A stretch of 64,000 bases of DNA from a virus: positions 32,001 to 96,000 of IMG/VR virus record IMGVR_UViG_3300050144_000109. One strand, given 5' to 3'. Position numbers and translations under genes: made by a program. Shown here one piece after another: positions 58,799 to 64,000 of the stretch. Positions within the stretch are counted from its first letter, which is position 1; every line of letters starts with the position of its first letter. Under the pieces are notes generated by a model. That model had not been told where the DNA came from, did not search any database, and saw nothing but the letters and a program-made list of their open reading frames with translations.

Positions 58799-59788
58799 TT
58801 ACCTCACGTGTTGGGAAGGGTCAAACTCTTGCAGCACACGCTTGGCATCCAGAAGAGACTCCACGCTGCGTGCAAAGGACAGACCAGTACCCCCCTTGGC
58901 ATACCGATCTACCAGCTTGGCAATGATAGATTTCTTGAATGTGGCTTCTGTGATTGATGCATAACAAATCATCAGCCATGTAGGGATGTGTTCTAGTCCC
59001 ACGGAGAGGATTTCCCGTGCATTGGTACCATACCAGTTACCACCCACAATCGCCAGCAGCACGCCATGGTTAAAGTCCTGCAAGCGAACAGATCCAGTGG
59101 CTTGTTTGATGACTTCACAGAAGTGCGTCAAACCTGTGATGACAGGAAGTGCTTCCAGAATGTCCACCACCTTGTTAGCAGGCGCACGTGTCATCTGTGC
59201 GATCTTACCAGCAATCTTCAACTGATGGTCCTTGTCAAACTCCACCTCATCAGTGAACAAGCAGTAGTAGAAATAGATCGATACCATCATAATGATCAGC
59301 TGCTCACCAGGATCAAGTGCATACTTCCTGGAGATAGCTTCACTCATCAAGGACCCATAGACTTGGGCCGGCATTGTGCTCAAGTCCTTGAACAGATCAG
59401 CGCGCTCTGTGATCCATAAATGGTTGAGCACAGACCTCAATACAGCCCAGTTGTACTCTGGGTAGTTTCTCACTACAAAAACGTTTTGAGGAAGAACCAC
59501 TTTGCCATAGTTGCGCACATCAATGTAAGTCGTGACAACACCGTGCGCCCCAGCTTCATCATGTTTCATGAAGACAGGATGGCCAAAGTAAGGAATAGAG
59601 TCTGCAGTATGACTGCCGCCTTCAACAGAAGACACACCGACCGCATAACCGTAGTTCTTGATATCGAAGACATGTTGGTGCAAAGCACCTGTGATCTTGG
59701 CAGCCTTGAGCTTGTCCTCAACTGAGCGCAAGCCAGACTGGTAAGGAGAACCTGCCAGCGTATCGTAAGCGGTATAGAAAATAGTCAC
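58799..59788 (-). CDS. Virion structural protein (phiKZ gp28-like)
   Basis: GTG start with gagggg RBS (IFYTAYDT); synteny. Confidence 0.7.
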   Translation of the reverse strand: MTIFYTAYDTLAGSPYQSGLRSVEDKLKAAKITGALHQHVFDIKNYGYAVGVSSVEGGSHTADSIPYFGHPVFMKHDEAGAHGVVTTYIDVRNYGKVVLPQNVFVVRNYPEYNWAVLRSVLNHLWITERADLFKDLSTMPAQVYGSLMSEAISRKYALDPGEQLIIMMVSIYFYYCLFTDEVEFDKDHQLKIAGKIAQMTRAPANKVVDILEALPVITGLTHFCEVIKQATGSVRLQDFNHGVLLAIVGGNWYGTNAREILSVGLEHIPTWLMICYASITEATFKKSIIAKLVDRYAKGGTGLSFARSVESLLDAKRVLQEFDPSQHVR

Positions 59789-59886
59789 GACAAAAATCCC
59801 CTCAAAAGGAAAGAAACAAAAAAATAAAGAGAAGCTTAGAGGGTGGATGAGCATCGTGCTCATCCACCCTACAGAAGTGCTGTTGT

Positions 59887-60180
59887 TTAGTTCAGAATTT
59901 CCCCAAGCTGCCGGTTCACACTGTACGTAAGTTCAAGCTTGCAAAAATTCCGGACTTTTCGATTTGGAAAAATAGGACGACCTTTCGCCATTCCACTTTT
60001 CTTTGAACGACTTGAGAATTCCAGGAGCCAATCATGGAGCTCCATCAGCTTACCGTGACACGGGTCCGCGATTGAGAAATTAGCTATCATTTCGCTTACA
60101 GCGACTGCAGCCATTTTACCACTTACCGTAAATCCGTATGCCATCATGCGGAATTTCACTTGCTTAGCGCGACGAATCAT
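59887..60180 (-). CDS. Small basic hypothetical protein
   Basis: agga RBS before MIRRAKQ; promoter motif upstream. Confidence 0.45.
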   Translation of the reverse strand: MIRRAKQVKFRMMAYGFTVSGKMAAVAVSEMIANFSIADPCHGKLMELHDWLLEFSSRSKKSGMAKGRPIFPNRKVRNFCKLELTYSVNRQLGEILN

Positions 60181-60252
60181 TTCGATGTTTCCTATTGACT
60201 TGGTTGAGGATTTGATTTGAATTGGACTCAAAGAGATAAGCACAATCCAAAT

Positions 60253-60283
60253 CAGTGATATACGACCATATTAAATTGCATTC
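60253..60283 (-). promoter_or_regulatory. Putative early promoter
   Basis: Minus strand gaatgcaatttaatatggtcgtatatcactg. Confidence 0.6.
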
Positions 60284-60555
60284 TTATTCTGTACTTTTAC
60301 CTCCTTCACAATCGTATGCATAACACCTGCTGGCCTTAAAAAAGCCAGCAGGTGTGACGAGTATACTGGGTGTGTAAAAAAAGATTGTGCAATCAGGTAC
60401 TTTGTATATTCTGAGCATAGTAATCTTTTTTTTACTTATTGTGTTTGGCTTGTGACTTCAGCAACGCTGAGCAGTCAATGAAACTGTACTTTTCTCCAAG
60501 TTCACGTGTAAGTAATATTTGATTTTTCATTTCTCTTTTTCTTGAGGACTTTAAC

Positions 60556-62658
60556 ATGGCATCGACCACGATTTTAAATGCCGCGCCAATGACCATCATG
60601 CGCGGTGTTCAGGACCTGTCTGCCCGTACGCTGAATGCGGACACGGACCAGATCCCGACCCACCTTCCGAAGGTGTACATCTACGCGGAAAAGGGACCTA
60701 CCTCCCCCCAGCTCGTGGCAGGTTCGTCGCGCACCAACATCTACGGCAGCAACACGTTTGATCTGCGCAAGCCCTATGCAAACCACCAGACCGTTCTCTC
60801 GAACGTGCTGGCTGGTGCTGGAAATGCTCAAATGATTGAGCGGATCCTACCCGGTGACGTGGGTCCTCGCTCCAATCTGTTGTTGTCGTTGGATGTGCTG
60901 CCGACTGAGATTGTTCAGTATGAACGCAATGCCAATGGTTCGATCCAGAAGGATCCTGTCACCGGTCTTCCAGTGCCTGTGGTGCCTGCAGCCACCATGC
61001 CCGGTTACAGTGTGAAGTGGGTCATCACGAACATCACGGACATTGCCGATGAAGAAAACTTCGGTAACGCGCAAGTGGGTCCTGGCGACCGTACGACTAC
61101 GGGTGTCGATCCGACGCAATCAACTCGCTACCCGATCCTTGAGCTGCAAGCTTCTAGCTACGGTCAAGCGTTCGACAACAGCGGTATTCGCCTGTCTGCT
61201 CCTACGGAAACTTCAGCTGTCCCGCTGAACGTGCATGCCATGGCTGGCACCACGACGTACCCGTTCCGTCTGAGCGTGATTCGCCGTGCTACTGCCAGCG
61301 ACACGCCGCGTCCGGTGGAAACCCAATTCGCAGAACAGTACATCGACTTCACGTTCAAGCCGGGCACCATCAACCCGATCACGGATGCTCGTTTCACGCT
61401 GTCGGACATCTTCCTCAAGAGCTATCAAAACATCGAAAACAATGGTTATCCGATTGACTTCGGTGACTTTGGCGCCATCAAGGTTTATGAGGACAACATC
61501 GGCGAACTGCTGCAAAGCTTCTACCTGTCAGAGTCCCTGGCTGGAGGAATGAACACTGACTTCTTGGGCGGTGCTGACGAGCAATGGCTGTTCAACTTTG
61601 TTAGTGGTATCTCGTCCAAGGGCGAGCCGTACTACACCTATGAGATCGACACTTCGTCGGAAGATTCAGTTCGTCTGACCGAGTCCACCAACCTGTTCGC
61701 CAAGGGTGGTTTTGATGGCACGATGACCGATGCTGACTTCGCTTCTGCTGTGGCGCAATCGGTGGCCGAATACGCCAACCCGAACAGTCCGCTGCTGAAC
61801 TCGGCTGTCAACGTTGAATCGATCATCTACGACACCGGCTTCCCGCTGGCCACCAAGCGTGAACTGTGCAAGTTCATCTCGGAGCGCAAGGACACCTTTG
61901 TGGTGCTGTCGACCTATGACGTCAACGGTGGCGACATGTCTGCTGCTGATGAGCACTCTGTGGCCATCGCACTGAAGACGTACCTGCAGATGTTCCCGGA
62001 ATCGGACTACTTCGGCACATCGACGATGCGTGGTCTCATCATGGGTCGTTATGGTTCGATGACCAGCTCACAGTACCAGAAGAAGCTTCCCCTGACAATC
62101 GAGCTGGCCTACAAGGCTGCCAAGATGATGGGTTCAAGCGACGGCAAGTGGCGTGAAGGTGCGGTGTTTGACCGTGCTCCGAACAATGAAATCTCGTTGT
62201 TCGAAAAGGTCAACGTCACTTACACTCCGGCTGCTGTGCGCAACAAGGACTGGACGCTGGGCCTGAACTGGGTGCAAGCCTTCAGTCGCTCGGAGCTGTT
62301 CTTCCCGGCTCTGAAGACCGTCTATGACGAGGACACTTCGGTTCTGAACAGCTTCTTTGTGGCTATGTGCTGTGTCGAGCTGCAAAAGGTGGGTGAGCGT
62401 GTCTGGCGTGAATACACGGGTTCAGTTCGTCTGACGAATGCTCAGCTCGTGGACCGGGTGAATAGCTCTGTGCAATCCAAGACCATTGGTCGCTTCTGCG
62501 ACATGTTCAAGGTGGTGCCTGCTGCTTACTTCACGGCTGCTGACACGCTGCGTGGCTACTCGTGGACGCTGCCGATCAAGCTGTACGCCAACAACATGGA
62601 AACGGTCATGACGCTGGATATCCAGACGTATCGCATGGCTGACTTCAATCGCACGTAA
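60556..62658 (+). CDS. Tail sheath protein (phiKZ gp29-like)
   Basis: 700 aa; GVQDLS, PTHLP, YDTGFPL.TK, FFPALKTVY; strong codon bias; followed by the tube gene. Confidence 0.9.
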   Translation: MASTTILNAAPMTIMRGVQDLSARTLNADTDQIPTHLPKVYIYAEKGPTSPQLVAGSSRTNIYGSNTFDLRKPYANHQTVLSNVLAGAGNAQMIERILPGDVGPRSNLLLSLDVLPTEIVQYERNANGSIQKDPVTGLPVPVVPAATMPGYSVKWVITNITDIADEENFGNAQVGPGDRTTTGVDPTQSTRYPILELQASSYGQAFDNSGIRLSAPTETSAVPLNVHAMAGTTTYPFRLSVIRRATASDTPRPVETQFAEQYIDFTFKPGTINPITDARFTLSDIFLKSYQNIENNGYPIDFGDFGAIKVYEDNIGELLQSFYLSESLAGGMNTDFLGGADEQWLFNFVSGISSKGEPYYTYEIDTSSEDSVRLTESTNLFAKGGFDGTMTDADFASAVAQSVAEYANPNSPLLNSAVNVESIIYDTGFPLATKRELCKFISERKDTFVVLSTYDVNGGDMSAADEHSVAIALKTYLQMFPESDYFGTSTMRGLIMGRYGSMTSSQYQKKLPLTIELAYKAAKMMGSSDGKWREGAVFDRAPNNEISLFEKVNVTYTPAAVRNKDWTLGLNWVQAFSRSELFFPALKTVYDEDTSVLNSFFVAMCCVELQKVGERVWREYTGSVRLTNAQLVDRVNSSVQSKTIGRFCDMFKVVPAAYFTAADTLRGYSWTLPIKLYANNMETVMTLDIQTYRMADFNRT

Positions 62659-62748
62659 GACAAAGAAGGGGTTAGAGGAGATAGTCTATTTCTCTAACCC
62701 TTTACTCTTGAATCAGTTTTTCTTCTTTTCGTTTTAAGGATTTTTAAA

Positions 62749-63621
62749 ATGCCTCGTCTTACTGATGCGTTACTGACTGGCCAGGCGCAAAGCCGTGGTC
62801 GTCAAGTGCCGTTGATTGACATCCAGTATGGTGGTCAGAACGGTTATGCGCCGAACATGGGTGAGTGGGCCAGTACCACCCACTACGTCCGTCGCAACTT
62901 GGTGTGTCTGCTGCTGGAAGCCCCCAAGGGTTTCAAGGACATGCCGGATCCCACCTTCTGGGTGTCGGCTCTGAAGTCCATGGTGGAAGTGCACGCCAAG
63001 TCGTGGGATGGTTTCACGTCCGGCCTGACGGTGGATGTCGGTGCTGAAACGGCTGTGGGTGGTGGTGGTGAGAAGTTCCATGACTTCACCAACGTGACCC
63101 GTGCACAGACTGTTCCTGTGGCAACCTTCACGGATTTGTATGGTCGCCCGATTCAGCAATTCCTGCATGACTGGATCACGTACCTGATCGCTGATCCGGA
63201 CACCAAGGTGCCAATGCTTTCGACGGTCTCTGGTAAGGCTCCTACGGACCTGCTGGCGGACATGTACTCGGCAACGATGCTGTTCTATGAGCCGGACCCC
63301 ACCCACACCAAGGTGGCCAAGGCTTGGCTGACCACCAACATGTACCCGAAGACGACCGGTGACATTCTGGGTAAGCGCGACCTGACGGCCGCTGGTGAAG
63401 CGCTGGAGCTGTCGGTGGAGTGGACTGGTCTGACCCAAACGGGCATGGGTGTGGTCAACTTCGCTCAGCAACTGGTGGACAACATCATCCTGACGAATGC
63501 CAATCCGAACCTGCGTCAAGCGTTCATGCAAGCCATTGACTCGGATGTGGACGGTAACTTCGCTGCTGCTTACCACGGTGGCGTGACCACCATTGGTGCT
63601 GAAGCTGTCCAGCCGAGCTGA
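62749..63621 (+). CDS. Tail tube protein (phiKZ gp30-like)
   Basis: 290 aa immediately after the sheath gene; ATMLFYEPDP, AWLTTNMYP. Confidence 0.85.
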   Translation: MPRLTDALLTGQAQSRGRQVPLIDIQYGGQNGYAPNMGEWASTTHYVRRNLVCLLLEAPKGFKDMPDPTFWVSALKSMVEVHAKSWDGFTSGLTVDVGAETAVGGGGEKFHDFTNVTRAQTVPVATFTDLYGRPIQQFLHDWITYLIADPDTKVPMLSTVSGKAPTDLLADMYSATMLFYEPDPTHTKVAKAWLTTNMYPKTTGDILGKRDLTAAGEALELSVEWTGLTQTGMGVVNFAQQLVDNIILTNANPNLRQAFMQAIDSDVDGNFAAAYHGGVTTIGAEAVQPS

Positions 63622-63640
63622 CCTTTGACTTAACGTCATA

Positions 63641-63692
63641 ACTCTCCATCTACTCCTCAAGGGTTTAAAAGCCCTGAAGGAGTAGATGGAGT
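63641..63692. terminator. Stem-loop after the tail tube gene
   Basis: ctccatctactcct...aggagtagatggag, flanked by cataa and ttatg. Confidence 0.7.
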
Positions 63693-63914
63693 CTTTATGA
63701 AGTAAAAAAGAAAGCGGTTACTTTCTTTTGACCATCTGGCCCAGTCGTTCACATAAGTGACCGTAGCTGAGAATGCTGAGTGCAATCCAGTTGACGATGA
63801 CTATTGTGATTTTTTGAGATCGGGAAAGTTGGCACATTTGTTTTGTTCATGTTTGGGTGCAGCTTGCGAATTCCTTTTAAAGTTACTCGCAAGCTGCACT
63901 CATCAAAACAACGT

Positions 63915-64000
63915 TCAGCTGTTGTCCTTGAGGAAGGTTTCTTCTGCCAGCTTGGCCAGGAACTGGTGCGTCGGTGTCATCACACTGGTCGCACCTTTCA
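63915..64000 (-). CDS. 3' end of a gene entering from beyond the window
   Basis: ...KGATSVMTPTHQFLAKLAEETFLKDNS* followed by a hairpin at 63857-63899. Confidence 0.45.
   Translation of the reverse strand, partial: KGATSVMTPTHQFLAKLAEETFLKDNS

Noticed and set aside
63790-63822. Promoter-like gatctcaaaaaatcacaatag
   Set aside because: Lacks the ATAT box and has no clear downstream gene; may lie inside a 39-codon mini-ORF.
1-64000. CRISPR arrays, tRNAs, reverse transcriptase/retron/DGR, inteins, genome-wide stop-codon reassignment
   Set aside because: No repeat-spacer arrays, cloverleafs, RT motifs or intein termini seen by eye. Core genes are full length in the standard code once the two introns are removed.

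Overview
64 kb of a phiKZ-like, nucleus-forming jumbo phage (Chimalliviridae). Orthologue names below rest on motifs, size and recalled phiKZ gene order, not on database searches. Core genes present: terminase large subunit, gp26-28-like virion proteins, tail sheath and tube, a split family-B DNA polymerase (gp50-like and gp82-like halves), chimallin (ChmA), the non-virion RNAP block (gp55-like beta'N, gp68-like, gp71/73-like beta, gp74-like beta'), PicA/Imp1, ChmC, SbcC, SbcD, an SF2 helicase, a virion RNAP gp80-like subunit, spike plus PAAR, and an endolysin. Features the ORF track misses: (1) two related ORF-less group I introns with definable splice sites, in DNA polymerase motif A (2512-2874) and in the nvRNAP beta' gene (36003-36407, minus); (2) a ~600-nt structured, apparently non-coding minus-strand RNA upstream of the DNA polymerase gene (43431-~44030); (3) a candidate programmed -1 frameshift (T TTT TTC, 10997-11003) fusing a baseplate/tail-assembly gene to the next ORF; (4) an exact 41-bp cUUCGg hairpin repeated in two accessory cassettes; (5) a promoter-like motif found ten times on the minus strand; (6) a recurrent long hairpin followed by TATG; (7) a tandem array of six small, possibly paralogous genes.
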